A stretch of 64,000 nucleotides of DNA from Prevotellaceae bacterium. GTDB taxonomy: Bacteria > Bacteroidota > Bacteroidia > Bacteroidales > Bacteroidaceae. The DNA lies in the NCBI GenBank assembly GCA_029219385.1, contig JAQXTH010000021.1, positions 10,499 through 74,498 on the forward strand. Direction: 5' to 3'. The position numbers were made by a program, and so were the translations under genes. Positions 17,663-28,542 of this stretch are shown piece after piece; within the stretch, counting starts at the first letter, position 1, and every line of letters begins with the position of its first letter. The notes under the pieces were generated by a model that worked only from the letters and a program-made list of their open reading frames with translations, had not been told where the DNA came from and did not search any database.

Positions 17663-20125
17663 ATGAGCGAAGAAAACATTTCACCCTATTCCCTGATTGC
17701 CGATTTTGACGGCAATGTGGAAGACATTTTCAACATAGAGTTAGACAACAATACAATACCCGTCATACCGCTGAGAAACATGGCGATATTTCCCGGCATT
17801 GTCGTGCCGATTGCCATCGAGAGACCTTTTTCAATAAACGTAGTGCGCAAGGCGATGGAACAAAACTCTTTTATCGGAGTAGTGAGCCAACAGAAGTCCG
17901 AAATTAACGAGCCTACATTTGAAGATATCTACGAATGTGGCACTTTCGTAAAAGTGATACGATTGTTGGAACTGCCCCAAGGACGTGTCACCGCATTGCT
18001 GCAGGGCTATTGCAGATTTAATGTATTAAATTTCTATAAACGCCAAGGGGTATATAAGGCTTTGGTAGAAATATTGCCCGAAACAAACATCGACGAGTCG
18101 AAGAAAGAGTTCACGGCAATGATTAACTCCGTTCGCGAACAAACGAACAAACTTTTCTCTCTGAGCGAAGGACGGGGGGAAGAAAGCGCATTTGCATTAA
18201 AAAATATCAAAAACAAAATCTTCCTGCTTAATTTTGTATGCACTAACGTGCCGTTTGAAACAAAACAAAAGATTGAAATATTATCGACCACCGACCCTAT
18301 AAGTCGCGCCATGAAACTACTGATGGTGCTCGACACACAAATTCAACTTGCAACCATAAAAGCAAACATACAACGCAAGACACGCGAAGACCTCGACCAA
18401 CAACAACGCGAGTATTTCCTGCAACAGGAGTTGCGCAACATTCAAGAGGAATTGGGTGATAGTGCCACCAACGACATATATGAACTGGAAGACAAACTTG
18501 CACTGTTGAACCTCTCGGATGCCACTCGCAAAACTCTTGAAAAAGAAATCAGCAAACTTGAGCACATGCACCAGCAAAGCCCTGACTATAATGTGCAATA
18601 TAATTATCTGCAAACCACACTAAGCCTACCTTGGAACATATATTCAGACGACAATATAGACATCGCAAAGGCAGAGCGCACACTCAACCGCGACCACTAT
18701 GGACTGGACAAAGTGAAAGAAAGAATTCTCGAACATCTGGCTGTAGTGAAAAAACGCGGTGACTTCAAAGCTCCCATAATCTGTCTCTACGGTCCTCCGG
18801 GAATAGGCAAGACTTCTTTGGGCAAGAGCATTGCTTCGGCCATGGGGCGCAAATACATACGTATGTCGCTGGGTGGCGTGCACGACGAAGCCGAGATACG
18901 CGGCCACCGTCGCACTTACATTGGTGCAATGCCGGGTCGCATTATAAAAAATCTTATAAAATGTGGCACGTCAAACCCTGTCTTCGTGCTTGACGAGATT
19001 GACAAGGTGGCTCAACAGACGCTCAACGGCGACCCCACATCGGCTTTGCTCGAAGTGCTCGACCCGGAGCAAAACTGCACTTTCCACGACAATTTCATCG
19101 ACCTTGATTTTGATCTATCCAAGATTATGTTTATCGCCACAGCCAACAACATTGCGGCTATACCGGCTCCCCTGCGCGACCGCATGGAAATGATAGAAAT
19201 GAGCGGATATATCACTGAAGAAAAAATCGAAATTGCACGCAGACATCTTATTCCTAAAGCAAAAAAAGAGAACGGACTTCAAGATGCCCCCCAATTAAAA
19301 TTTAGCAAGCAATCACTCGAAACCATTATCGAGCAATATACTCGCGAAAGCGGAGTAAGAACACTGGAGAAAAAAATAAACGAAATTTTCCGAAAGATTG
19401 ACTATCAATATGCTTGCAACGGCTATTTCACTACAACAACCATAAAACCCTCTGATGTAAACACATTTTTGGGGAAACCAATATTCACTCGCGACTTATA
19501 TGAAGGAAATATGTATGCCGGAGTAGTAACAGGCTTGGCTTGGACTTCTGTCGGTGGCGAAATTCTTTTCATAGAAACAAGTCTGAGCCGTGGCAAAGGT
19601 GGAAAAATTTCTCTCACAGGCAATCTCGGTGACGTGATGAAGGAGTCGGCCACCATCGCCCTCGAATATATCAAATCACACACCGACAAACTCAACATTG
19701 ACTACCGCATATTCGACAACTATAACATACATATACACGTTCCGGAAGGAGCAACCCCGAAAGACGGCCCCTCGGCAGGTATAACAATTGCCACATCAAT
19801 AGCCTCGGCTCTAACACAACGCAAAGTGAAGAACAAAGTTGCCATGACCGGCGAAATAACACTGAGAGGAAAGGTGCTGCCGGTTGGTGGAATAAAAGAA
19901 AAAATCCTTGCTGCAAAAAGGGCCGGGATTGACACCATTATTATATGTCAAGACAACCGCAAAGACATTGAGGACATTCCTGACATATATTTAAAAGGTG
20001 TAACATTTATGTATGTTGACAACGTTGGAGAGGTGCTCGACATTGCATTGCTTTCAGACAAAGTAGACAATCCCATGGAATTTGTTATTGACGAGCCAAC
20101 CACCGGCACAACCCTGCAACAATGA
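17663..20125 (+). CDS. lon: ATP-dependent Lon protease (endopeptidase La)
   Basis: 820 aa. LON N-domain ([18 protein letters not shown]), Walker [16 protein letters not shown], and protease Ser motif [19 protein letters not shown]. Confidence 0.95.
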   Translation: MSEENISPYSLIADFDGNVEDIFNIELDNNTIPVIPLRNMAIFPGIVVPIAIERPFSINVVRKAMEQNSFIGVVSQQKSEINEPTFEDIYECGTFVKVIRLLELPQGRVTALLQGYCRFNVLNFYKRQGVYKALVEILPETNIDESKKEFTAMINSVREQTNKLFSLSEGRGEESAFALKNIKNKIFLLNFVCTNVPFETKQKIEILSTTDPISRAMKLLMVLDTQIQLATIKANIQRKTREDLDQQQREYFLQQELRNIQEELGDSATNDIYELEDKLALLNLSDATRKTLEKEISKLEHMHQQSPDYNVQYNYLQTTLSLPWNIYSDDNIDIAKAERTLNRDHYGLDKVKERILEHLAVVKKRGDFKAPIICLYGPPGIGKTSLGKSIASAMGRKYIRMSLGGVHDEAEIRGHRRTYIGAMPGRIIKNLIKCGTSNPVFVLDEIDKVAQQTLNGDPTSALLEVLDPEQNCTFHDNFIDLDFDLSKIMFIATANNIAAIPAPLRDRMEMIEMSGYITEEKIEIARRHLIPKAKKENGLQDAPQLKFSKQSLETIIEQYTRESGVRTLEKKINEIFRKIDYQYACNGYFTTTTIKPSDVNTFLGKPIFTRDLYEGNMYAGVVTGLAWTSVGGEILFIETSLSRGKGGKISLTGNLGDVMKESATIALEYIKSHTDKLNIDYRIFDNYNIHIHVPEGATPKDGPSAGITIATSIASALTQRKVKNKVAMTGEITLRGKVLPVGGIKEKILAAKRAGIDTIIICQDNRKDIEDIPDIYLKGVTFMYVDNVGEVLDIALLSDKVDNPMEFVIDEPTTGTTLQQ

Positions 20126-21255
20126 CATTTACCCTGCAACATAGAGATACTTCGGGCACTGACGCTCGTGCCGGACTGATTGAAACTGATCACGGACTAA
20201 TTGAAACCCCCATATTCATGCCTGTTGGCACTTTAGGGTCTGTAAAAGGTATTCACACGCATGAATTGATTGACGACATCAAAGCGCAAATCATTCTTGG
20301 CAACACCTATCATTTATATTTGCGTCCGGGCATAGATATTATTAAAAAGGCCGGTGGCCTCCACAAGTTCAACGGGTTTAATCGTCCAATGCTGACCGAC
20401 AGTGGCGGTTTTCAGGTCTTTTCACTCTCCGGCATACGCAAATTGTCGGAAGAGGGCTGCGAGTTTCGTTCCCATATTGACGGAAGCAAACACTTTTTCT
20501 CGCCCGAAAAAGTCATTGACATAGAGCGTGCAATCGGAGCCGACATTATAATGGCATTCGACGAATGTCCGCCCGGCACAGCTGAGTATTCTTACGCAAA
20601 ATCGTCATTGGCTCTCACACACAACTGGCTGAGACGTTGTGAAAACCGTTTCCACTCCACACAACCGCTCTATGAATACAAACAATCATTGTTTCCCATA
20701 GTGCAGGGTTGTGTATATAAGGATCTCCGCCAAGAAAGCGCACGCTATGTCACCCAATTCAATGCCGACGGCTATGCTATCGGAGGTTTGGCGGTTGGCG
20801 AGCCCGCCCCCGTGATGTATGAAATGATAGAGATTGTGAACGACATTCTGCCCCAAGACCGTCCACGCTACCTTATGGGTGTAGGAACACCGGTGAACAT
20901 TGTCGAAGCCATTGCACGCGGTGTCGATATGTTTGACTGCGTGATGCCTACACGAAACGGACGCAACGCAATGCTTTTCACCCAAAACGGCATTATCAAT
21001 ATGCGCAACCAAAAATGGCAAGACGACTTTTCGCCAATAGACCCTTTAGGAACGTCGCGCGTAGACACTGCCTATACAAAAGCATATCTGCATCATCTCT
21101 TCAAAGCAAAAGAACTGCTCGCCATGCAAATTGCCTCGGCCCACAATCTTGCCTTCTACCTGTGGTTGGTGAAAGAGGCACGCAAACACATCACCATTGG
21201 TGATTTTGCCACTTGGCAACGTTATATCATTCCCCAACTCTCCAACCGCCTTTGA
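20122..21255 (+). CDS. tgt: tRNA-guanine(34) transglycosylase (queuine tRNA-ribosyltransferase)
   Basis: 377 aa. Motifs FMPVGT, LGNTYHL, TDSGGFQVFS, GLAVGE, YLMGVG and MFDCVMPTRNGRN. ATGA overlap with the lon stop. Confidence 0.95.
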   Translation: MTFTLQHRDTSGTDARAGLIETDHGLIETPIFMPVGTLGSVKGIHTHELIDDIKAQIILGNTYHLYLRPGIDIIKKAGGLHKFNGFNRPMLTDSGGFQVFSLSGIRKLSEEGCEFRSHIDGSKHFFSPEKVIDIERAIGADIIMAFDECPPGTAEYSYAKSSLALTHNWLRRCENRFHSTQPLYEYKQSLFPIVQGCVYKDLRQESARYVTQFNADGYAIGGLAVGEPAPVMYEMIEIVNDILPQDRPRYLMGVGTPVNIVEAIARGVDMFDCVMPTRNGRNAMLFTQNGIINMRNQKWQDDFSPIDPLGTSRVDTAYTKAYLHHLFKAKELLAMQIASAHNLAFYLWLVKEARKHITIGDFATWQRYIIPQLSNRL

Positions 21256-21258
21256 GAA

Positions 21259-22407
21259 ATGAAGAAAATCATACCCACACCAAAACCCAAACGGCGTTTG
21301 AGACTGCCTCTTTCTATCCTTGACCGATATATCATAAAGAAATTTATCGGCACATACTTCTTCTCTATCATTCTCATTATCATGATTGTGATAGTTTTTG
21401 ATTTTAACGAAAAGATAGATAAACTCACACAGGCACACAACGACATGGGCATCTCGTGGGGAAAAATTGCCATCGACTACTATCTCAACACCATACCATA
21501 TTTCAGCAATCTTTTCAGTTCGCTCTTTGTATTTATATCTGTGATTTTTTTTACTTCAAAACTGGCTGACCGCTCTGAGATAATAGCAATGAGAGCTTGT
21601 GGCATGAGTTTCAAGCGCATATTGAGACCATATATGATTTCTGCCACTTTCATCGGAGTGCTCAACCTTGTGCTCGGGGCCTTCGTGATACCCCACTCCA
21701 CCAAAATACGCACAGACTTTGAAAACAAATACATCAAAAAGAAACAGATCTCCATTGTCGACAATATACAACTGCAAACAGAAAACAATGTTATTGCATT
21801 TTTCTCTTCATTTAACAACGATAATAAATCGGGTAACGGTTTTTCACTCGATAAATTCCACAACAAAAAACTTGTGTCTCATCTCACGGCGTTGCGCATA
21901 CAATACGACACTCTCTCCGACACAAGGTATCGATGGAAACTCTTTAATTACCAAATACGAGAAATGCACGGCACAAGCGAAACCGTCACCTCGGGCATAG
22001 AACTCGACACCATTATTCCAATCGAACCAACCGACCTCGTCTACAACCGCAATCAACAAGAAACAATGACCACACCACAGATATATGAGTATATAGAAAA
22101 ACAGCGCACTCGTGGTTCTGCAAACCTCAGCACTTTTGAAATTGAATTTCACAAACGCTTTGCCTCTGCTTGTGCTGCCTTGATTTTAACAATTATCGGT
22201 GTGACACTGTCGTGCGAAAAACGCAAAGGAGGCATGGGGCTTTCACTGGGATTGGGACTGGGACTGAGTTTCAGTTACATTCTTTTTCAAACAATCTCTT
22301 CGGCCTTTGCTACCAAAGCCGGAATGCCGGCAATGCTCGCAGCATGGATACCAAACATCATTTTCTCCATAGTTGCATTTGCGTTATACCGCAAAACTCC
22401 TAAATAA
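21259..22407 (+). CDS. LptF/LptG-family LPS export permease
   Basis: 382 aa. Begins LSILDRYIIKKFIGTYFFSIILI. Six predicted TM segments with a large periplasmic loop, typical of the YjgP/YjgQ family. Confidence 0.8.
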   Translation: MKKIIPTPKPKRRLRLPLSILDRYIIKKFIGTYFFSIILIIMIVIVFDFNEKIDKLTQAHNDMGISWGKIAIDYYLNTIPYFSNLFSSLFVFISVIFFTSKLADRSEIIAMRACGMSFKRILRPYMISATFIGVLNLVLGAFVIPHSTKIRTDFENKYIKKKQISIVDNIQLQTENNVIAFFSSFNNDNKSGNGFSLDKFHNKKLVSHLTALRIQYDTLSDTRYRWKLFNYQIREMHGTSETVTSGIELDTIIPIEPTDLVYNRNQQETMTTPQIYEYIEKQRTRGSANLSTFEIEFHKRFASACAALILTIIGVTLSCEKRKGGMGLSLGLGLGLSFSYILFQTISSAFATKAGMPAMLAAWIPNIIFSIVAFALYRKTPK

Positions 22408-22460
22408 AAACAAACACCCGGCTTCTAATTTTTCCTTTCACCCACACACAATAAATTATC

Positions 22461-23711
22461 ATGTATTTTGACCAACTGCCACTCGACGACCGTCTGCTTG
22501 ACGCTCTTTACGAAATGCGTTTCGATCAATGTACCCCCATACAACAACAAGCCATACCACCTCTGCTCGAAGGAAAAGACCTTATGGGCATCTCACAAAC
22601 CGGAACAGGCAAGACTGCGGCCTATCTGTTGCCTCTGCTCAATAACCTTTGTGCCAACAATCAGAACGAAGGAGTGGTGAAAAACCTGATTATAGTACCT
22701 ACGCGCGAACTTGCCATACAAATAGATCAAGCTATAGAGGGCTTTGGTTATTATCTCGCAGTTTCGGGCGTTGCCATATATGGAGGGAATGATGCCCGAA
22801 GATACACGCAAGAACTCAAAAGTTTGAAACTGGGAGCTGACATAATCGTGGCAACTCCCGGTCGCCTTATCTCTCATCTCCAACTGGGCAATCTTGACCT
22901 TAGTCACATTTCTTGCCTTGTGCTCGATGAAGCCGACCGAATGCTCGACATGGGTTTTTATGACGACATCATGAAAATCACTTCTTTCCTGCCCAAGCAA
23001 CACCAAACCATAATGTTTTCGGCCACAATGCCACCAACAATCGACCGCCTTGCACACACATTGCTGAAACAACCTGTGGAGATACACATCTCACCCTCGC
23101 GACCGGCCGAAGGCATTTGCCAGGAAATATATCTATGCAGCGACACACAAAAACAATTTGTGCTAAACCACATATTCCAACAAAATAAACCACAACGCAC
23201 AATTATTTTCGCCTCCTCAAAAAGCAAGGTAAAAGACTTGACAATCAAATTGCACAGTAAGCAAACAAATGTTGCTGCCATGCACTCTGACCTTAGCCAA
23301 GAAGAACGAAACCAGACCATGCAACAATTCAAGGCAGGAAATATCTCTATTGTTGTTGCAACAGACATTATTTCAAGAGGCATAGACATCGACGATATTG
23401 AAATGGTCATAAACTTCGATGTGCCTCACGACCCGGAAGACTACATTCACCGCGTGGGACGAACGGCAAGAGCCGGCAAGAGTGGCAGGGCAATAACACT
23501 CGTCAGTCAACAAGACAAACGCTATTTGCAAAAAATCGAACAAATTATTGGCAAGAAAATCAAACGTGGTTCAATGCCTCCCGAACTAACTCCGCCAAAA
23601 ATAAAGAACAACAAAATTTCTTCGGAGAAAAACGAAAATAATAAGCGCAACAATAAACGGCGACCATTCAAAGGAAAGCCAAAACACAAAAAAACTCAAA
23701 CGGAGACATAA
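22461..23711 (+). CDS. DEAD-box ATP-dependent RNA helicase with a basic C-terminal tail
   Basis: 416 aa. Q motif (CTPIQQQAIP), motif I SQTGTGKTAAY, DEAD box (LVLDEAD), SAT and HRVGRTARAG. Lys/Asn-rich tail. Confidence 0.92.
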   Translation: MYFDQLPLDDRLLDALYEMRFDQCTPIQQQAIPPLLEGKDLMGISQTGTGKTAAYLLPLLNNLCANNQNEGVVKNLIIVPTRELAIQIDQAIEGFGYYLAVSGVAIYGGNDARRYTQELKSLKLGADIIVATPGRLISHLQLGNLDLSHISCLVLDEADRMLDMGFYDDIMKITSFLPKQHQTIMFSATMPPTIDRLAHTLLKQPVEIHISPSRPAEGICQEIYLCSDTQKQFVLNHIFQQNKPQRTIIFASSKSKVKDLTIKLHSKQTNVAAMHSDLSQEERNQTMQQFKAGNISIVVATDIISRGIDIDDIEMVINFDVPHDPEDYIHRVGRTARAGKSGRAITLVSQQDKRYLQKIEQIIGKKIKRGSMPPELTPPKIKNNKISSEKNENNKRNNKRRPFKGKPKHKKTQTET

Positions 23712-23738
23712 TAAGAACTTAAAGAAAAACATCAAAAA

Positions 23739-23777
23739 AACGGTGGTAACCAACATTATTTTATGGTTGCCACCGTT
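23739..23777. terminator. Hairpin terminator between the convergent DEAD-box helicase and M60 genes
   Basis: aacggtggtaacca / tggttgccaccgtt, 14 bp with one G-U pair. An A7 run precedes it, giving a T-run on the minus strand. Confidence 0.6.
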
Positions 23778-23800
23778 GTTCTTACATATCACTATGCACA

Positions 23801-23843
23801 AAAAAAATTGCCCCACCTTCGACAAAACGAGGTGGGGCATTTT
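23801..23843. terminator. Bidirectional rho-independent terminator
   Basis: Perfect 10-bp stem tgccccacct/aggtggggca (23809-23818 / 23830-23839). Flanked by A8 upstream and TTTT downstream. Confidence 0.75.
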
Positions 23844-23884
23844 AAATATCAGATTAAAATCTGTTTTGAATTATGATTTCCAGG

Positions 23885-26800
23885 TTATTTCATGCGGAAT
23901 TTCACTCCATTCTGAATATAAATGCCGCCTTTTTTCGGATTGGCAACACAACTGCCGCTAAGATCGTAAACGGGCTGTGAGGCATCATAGGTTTCTTCCG
24001 CAGTAGTTGCATCAGCTACTGCCGAAATGTCTTTCGGATCATAAATCAATCTATCGGTACCATCGCCCAAAGCTGCCTTTATGTAGAACGGCTGAGCCTT
24101 GACATTGTCGGGCAAATAGAATGTGTAGGTGTTATAAGCATTTACAAGCACATGGTTTTGATTGTAAACCTTAAAGCCCACTGCACCCTTGCCGGAGGCC
24201 TGGCTGACAATTACTTTTCCTGTTGTAGTCGAATAATTGCAAGAGTATTGGTTGTATTCAGGATCGTCAACAAACATTGTGAACATTCCCGTTTGACCAA
24301 CTTCAGAAGAGTTGCCCGGAGTTGCGCCCGGAGTGGTAGCCAAACGAGTTGCACCATCCGGCATACCGGGATAGTCTGCGGGATATTTCTCTATACGCTC
24401 ATCAATGAACATGATGTTACCCAATTTCTTTGGATATTGCTGCATATAGGCTATTGTTTGGTCTATTTCTTCTTGTGTAGTTGTATAATAGGTATAACCA
24501 TAATCGTCTACTGCATAATCCTTTATTGGCACAAAGAATCCCCAGAATCTAAAGAACTCAGACAGGTCGGCCTGTGCAACATCGCACGCAGCTTTTGCAA
24601 AGCGGAGATAATCGGTCAGACCACTGCCCGGATTGTTTTTGTCGCGCGAGCGAACCATAGGAGTCTTGCGGAAGATGTCAAACATTTTGGGATAGAACTC
24701 TGTATCGTGACCCATTGCATGGAAATAGAGATAGAGTTGGAAATATGCACGACTGCGCTGCCAGAGATCATACTCCTGCCAGAAGAGACCCTTGTGGAAT
24801 GAAGACTGTGCTTCTTTCCACGGACCGCCACGACCGGTGTTAGAGCCTTGCAACCATGTGTTAATCTGAGAGAAGTTGTTGTTTGAAATCTCCGTGCAGC
24901 CAATCATGTTATAAAGACCCTGATTGCAGTGGCCGGTTTCGTGAGCAACACACCAGAAGTTGCCTCCGTGGTCGTATTCTGTGCCATGAGTCATGGCATC
25001 ATAGTTCATGATTGAACTAACACCGGGATAGTATGTGCCATAGCTCGACGCATATGGATTGCTAGTAGAAGAACTTGATGCCGAATACATACAATTAAAT
25101 CTGTCGAGGAATTGCTCATAGCCCATTGTCTTAAACTGATTTTCAACCAAGTCGTCCCAACGATGCAATGTTCCCTCAATAGCTTTGGCTGTGCCATCGG
25201 TATCAATCTGGTCGAGTTGGGCTTTAGGAATCTGCTTGAGCAACTGATCATAATGCATATTGTATTGATAGAACTTTGACTTTAAATGCACAATTTCGTC
25301 TTGGAACAAATTCTCAACCATATCTTTCCAATCGGCATTGGTGTGGCCACGTGTGATATCAAAATAGCCCTGCACTCTACCACCCTCGATATGAATTTTC
25401 ATTGGCTCGAAATCTGCCAATTTCTTTGAGGTGTTGGTTATAATATGATGTATGTAGATGAAACCATCGTCTTCGGGCAAGAAAATGTTGATGCCTCTTT
25501 TGAGCGCGGTTCGGGTAGCATAGACACCACAACCCTTCACCGAACTATATTCGAGAGTGGTGTTCTTGGCAGGAGTTGAATTTACATAGAAGACCACAAT
25601 GTCACCGGATTTCACACTGATACCGGTCGGACCGGTTTGGGGTGTAAACTGATAGCCCGTTCCCATGAGTGTTCCACCGTTCCACTTTGTCGGGTCGCTA
25701 TATGCGGCATAGTCATAGATGCGGAATTCCTTTTCGCGATGTCCCCATGTGTCGTTTTTGATTTTCAAAGCCATGCGGATAATAGAAATAGGCAGGCTTG
25801 AGTTTGTCATGGCCTCGGTGAGTTCATCGTCGGTCATTGCCTGATATTGTTCTTTAAGGGTGGTGCAAGCATAGTCGGAGAAATATGTTTGCAAACGACT
25901 GTTTAGCACCACAGTGCTTGTGTTGAGTAGCAACAGTGTGTTGCTATACTCTTCTTGTGCGGCAGCAACCTGTTCATCGGTAAGGTCTACTCTTTTCACA
26001 ATCCACTGAGCCGAAGTTTCGGTAATTTCGCTATTTATAGAAACTCCATCGGTCTTAACAGACAAGCCCGTGGTCGGTTTGTTTGGTTCGATGAAATTAA
26101 ATGTTGTCTCCCATGCGTAAGGACCTTCAGCGATTTTCCAAAACCTGCTGTTTGAAGCTGTCAACGTGGTGGTATAATTGCCACCACAGGCACTAGTCAC
26201 TCCGGTAGCCTTGCGGCTAATATATCTGCCGGAATAGACGTTCTGGACAGAATAAGTATCGTCTTCTTCATTCTTGACAACTTTCCAATATTGGCTCCAC
26301 GCATTGGCATCGGCATCTTGTGCAACAACAGTGGCATCGCTGATGCGTTCTGTCATGACACCTCCATTGAGGTTTATAAACTGATAGTAGGCTCCGGCCT
26401 CAAGATCAATCTTGCCGGTTTGACAAATTTTATCAAGATTTGCTTTCACCGTAGCAGAATCAACTTCTTTGGAGGGCACTTGCAACAACACCCACTCGGA
26501 GTTGCGGTCATTATCATATTTCCAATCACACAAACCGGAAGTACCTCCGCTAAGATTCATACAATTATTAGTGCCCGACTTCACTGCTCCATGACAAATA
26601 ATAATATATTTATCTGCGTCAGAAGTGTTGTTGGGACTTAATTGAATTGTCCAATAATATTTGTTTTGCGAACAAGAATAGTCATTTTGAAGATAATAAC
26701 CAGTGTATGAATTGCGCAGGCTGAAGCCATTATCGTCGTGCTCTATTATCCACATTTGGCGCATTCGAGAAGAAGTGGCAGAAGTCTTGGGCTGTGTCGA

Positions 26801-27460
26801 AGCCTTGTGGGTCGAACTATTTTCATATACATACTGACCTGAGTTGCCGCGACTTTGAATGCGGAATAAACCGCCCTGCAACATCTGATAGGAAACAAGC
26901 GCACCTCCCGACAGTTCGTCAACCGTAGAGAGCGACACCTCATAAATTGCCCAATCGCTGTTGCCACCGGTCGAGGTGGGAGCAGAAGTGCCATATCCCA
27001 AGGCTACCGAGCCGTTGCTGTCCATATAGTAGGTGGTGGATTTTATTGCCCAGTGACCTTCGGCAATCTCTGCAAATGTAAACAAACCGGCACCGTCTTT
27101 TGTGGCAGAAACGCCTTGGCCTGTGTTATATGCAAGATTCTTGTAATAACTGCCTTCGGCTGTTTGAATATAATACTTGCCCTCCGTATCGCTCTCAACG
27201 AGACGAACCAAGTATTTATAGCCATTGTTTACGGCATAACCCGACATCGGAGCCTGCGAAGTAACTGCAGCCGCTCCATAAAGATAAGCTTTGCGCCCTT
27301 GGTTGTAGACAACATACCAAGTTCCCGGCGCAACGGCACTTTTGACTGTCGTTGTGGAGACACTGATCACTTGGTCACCACCAATGTCCTCAACGAGAGC
27401 CTGCACCGACCCTGCCATCATAAACAACAGCAAGGATAATACAGATAAAATCTTTTTCAT
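23885..27460 (-). CDS. Secreted M60-like (enhancin/mucinase-type) zinc metallopeptidase with N-terminal ricin-type (QxW) lectin-like repeats and a T9SS C-terminal sorting domain
   Basis: 1191 aa. Signal peptide MKKILSVLSLLLFMMAGSVQA. QxW-type motifs QMWIIEH, QYWKVVK, RFWKIAEG and AQWIVKR. Gluzincin site FWCVAHETGHCNQGLYNMIGCTEISNNNF (HExxH plus a downstream E). Tail PVYDLSGSCVANPKKGGIYIQNGVKFRMK resembles Por_Secre_tail. Confidence 0.75.
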   Translation of the reverse strand: MKKILSVLSLLLFMMAGSVQALVEDIGGDQVISVSTTTVKSAVAPGTWYVVYNQGRKAYLYGAAAVTSQAPMSGYAVNNGYKYLVRLVESDTEGKYYIQTAEGSYYKNLAYNTGQGVSATKDGAGLFTFAEIAEGHWAIKSTTYYMDSNGSVALGYGTSAPTSTGGNSDWAIYEVSLSTVDELSGGALVSYQMLQGGLFRIQSRGNSGQYVYENSSTHKASTQPKTSATSSRMRQMWIIEHDDNGFSLRNSYTGYYLQNDYSCSQNKYYWTIQLSPNNTSDADKYIIICHGAVKSGTNNCMNLSGGTSGLCDWKYDNDRNSEWVLLQVPSKEVDSATVKANLDKICQTGKIDLEAGAYYQFINLNGGVMTERISDATVVAQDADANAWSQYWKVVKNEEDDTYSVQNVYSGRYISRKATGVTSACGGNYTTTLTASNSRFWKIAEGPYAWETTFNFIEPNKPTTGLSVKTDGVSINSEITETSAQWIVKRVDLTDEQVAAAQEEYSNTLLLLNTSTVVLNSRLQTYFSDYACTTLKEQYQAMTDDELTEAMTNSSLPISIIRMALKIKNDTWGHREKEFRIYDYAAYSDPTKWNGGTLMGTGYQFTPQTGPTGISVKSGDIVVFYVNSTPAKNTTLEYSSVKGCGVYATRTALKRGINIFLPEDDGFIYIHHIITNTSKKLADFEPMKIHIEGGRVQGYFDITRGHTNADWKDMVENLFQDEIVHLKSKFYQYNMHYDQLLKQIPKAQLDQIDTDGTAKAIEGTLHRWDDLVENQFKTMGYEQFLDRFNCMYSASSSSTSNPYASSYGTYYPGVSSIMNYDAMTHGTEYDHGGNFWCVAHETGHCNQGLYNMIGCTEISNNNFSQINTWLQGSNTGRGGPWKEAQSSFHKGLFWQEYDLWQRSRAYFQLYLYFHAMGHDTEFYPKMFDIFRKTPMVRSRDKNNPGSGLTDYLRFAKAACDVAQADLSEFFRFWGFFVPIKDYAVDDYGYTYYTTTQEEIDQTIAYMQQYPKKLGNIMFIDERIEKYPADYPGMPDGATRLATTPGATPGNSSEVGQTGMFTMFVDDPEYNQYSCNYSTTTGKVIVSQASGKGAVGFKVYNQNHVLVNAYNTYTFYLPDNVKAQPFYIKAALGDGTDRLIYDPKDISAVADATTAEETYDASQPVYDLSGSCVANPKKGGIYIQNGVKFRMK

Positions 27461-27500
27461 AATTATGTTTTTAGTGGTTTATAGATTATTTGTTTTCGCG

Positions 27501-27508
27501 CAAATATA
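27501..27508 (-). promoter_or_regulatory. Putative -7 box (TATATTTG on minus strand) for the M60 peptidase gene
   Basis: Plus strand reads caaatata, 41 nt upstream of the ATG at 27460. Confidence 0.5.
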
Positions 27509-27663
27509 CTCACAGTTTTTTACTTAACAAAATTTTAGTGATGTTTTTATAATAATAATTATAAGTAAGACATAATTTAATTGCAATTCGTTAAGATTTG
27601 CGTGAGAGAAAACATCATAAACAACAACAATGCGAGATGTCAAAGACAAGTTTGACCTTTGAG

Positions 27664-28536
27664 TTACTCAGAAAAATCAATATAGGGTTTCAGCCGTGAA
27701 AAGTCAGAGGAAGAAAACTCGGAACAATTTTTCAGATCTTCAAACGAATGAATGTCTCCGTGGGTCTTGCGAAAATTAAACAATGCAACAACTTGTTTAT
27801 AATCAAGATATGGGTGGCGCAACAATTTGCCGAAAGTCGAATGGTTTATCTTCAACTTTTCAATGGCGCAACAAGAGAGCGAAAGCCATTGCTCCACATC
27901 GGCAGGCAGCCCCTGTATCTCCTTTATCTGCGAGACAGAGACAAATCCCCCCAGTCTGTCGCGATAGCGAATTATCTTACGCGCATAATAAGGGCCTATG
28001 CCAGGTATTTTCTGAAGCATCACACTGTCGGCAATGTTTATATCGACAGTCTGACCGCGCTGCAATTTATATGATACGTATACAGGCCTTTCAAAAGTTT
28101 GTTCTGCTACAGTATCTTTATGTTTTTCAGAAGATTGATAACGCTTACTAACCCTTTGGAATTTAGGTGAAATCCTGATATAAGGTTTGAGCCTGAGAAA
28201 ATCCTTTTGACTGAGCGTATATATCTGGGCCATATCATCCGGCACACGGAAAAAACCTCCGGCGTTGCGATAGTGAATGATTATCGCGGCTGTTTTGGGG
28301 CGCAAGCCGAGAGAGACAAAGGTGGCAGAATCAGCCGTGTTGGGATCAAAAGGAAATAGGCGACACTCTGCCGTGTCACGACGATCACGATGCAGCCTGC
28401 CAACGCTATCGACCGGCACTTTTGAAGGCGTTATTTGTTTTTCCTCACAATGAAAAAACAATGCCACAATGTTGACGCCCAACAAAATCACGACAATCGC
28501 CGATATTGCTATTTTGTCATTCCTGCTTAAAGACAT
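27664..28536 (-). CDS. ComEA-like membrane-anchored protein with three helix-hairpin-helix DNA-binding modules
   Basis: The ATG at 28536 gives MSLSRNDKIAISAIVVILLGVNIVALFF (TM anchor); the track ORF begins two codons earlier at a TTG. Three ComEA-type repeats: FDPNTADSATFVSLGLRPKTAAIIIHYR, VDINIADSVMLQKIPGIGPYYARKIIRYRDRLGGF, and LKINHSTFGKLLRHPYLDYKQVVALFNFR. Confidence 0.7.
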   Translation of the reverse strand: MSLSRNDKIAISAIVVILLGVNIVALFFHCEEKQITPSKVPVDSVGRLHRDRRDTAECRLFPFDPNTADSATFVSLGLRPKTAAIIIHYRNAGGFFRVPDDMAQIYTLSQKDFLRLKPYIRISPKFQRVSKRYQSSEKHKDTVAEQTFERPVYVSYKLQRGQTVDINIADSVMLQKIPGIGPYYARKIIRYRDRLGGFVSVSQIKEIQGLPADVEQWLSLSCCAIEKLKINHSTFGKLLRHPYLDYKQVVALFNFRKTHGDIHSFEDLKNCSEFSSSDFSRLKPYIDFSE

Positions 28537-28542
28537 GCTCAA

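Noticed and set aside
24152-24802. 216-aa plus-strand ORF inside the M60 peptidase gene.
   Set aside because: Antisense shadow ORF. The opposite frame carries the HExxH peptidase motif and is continuous for 1191 codons.
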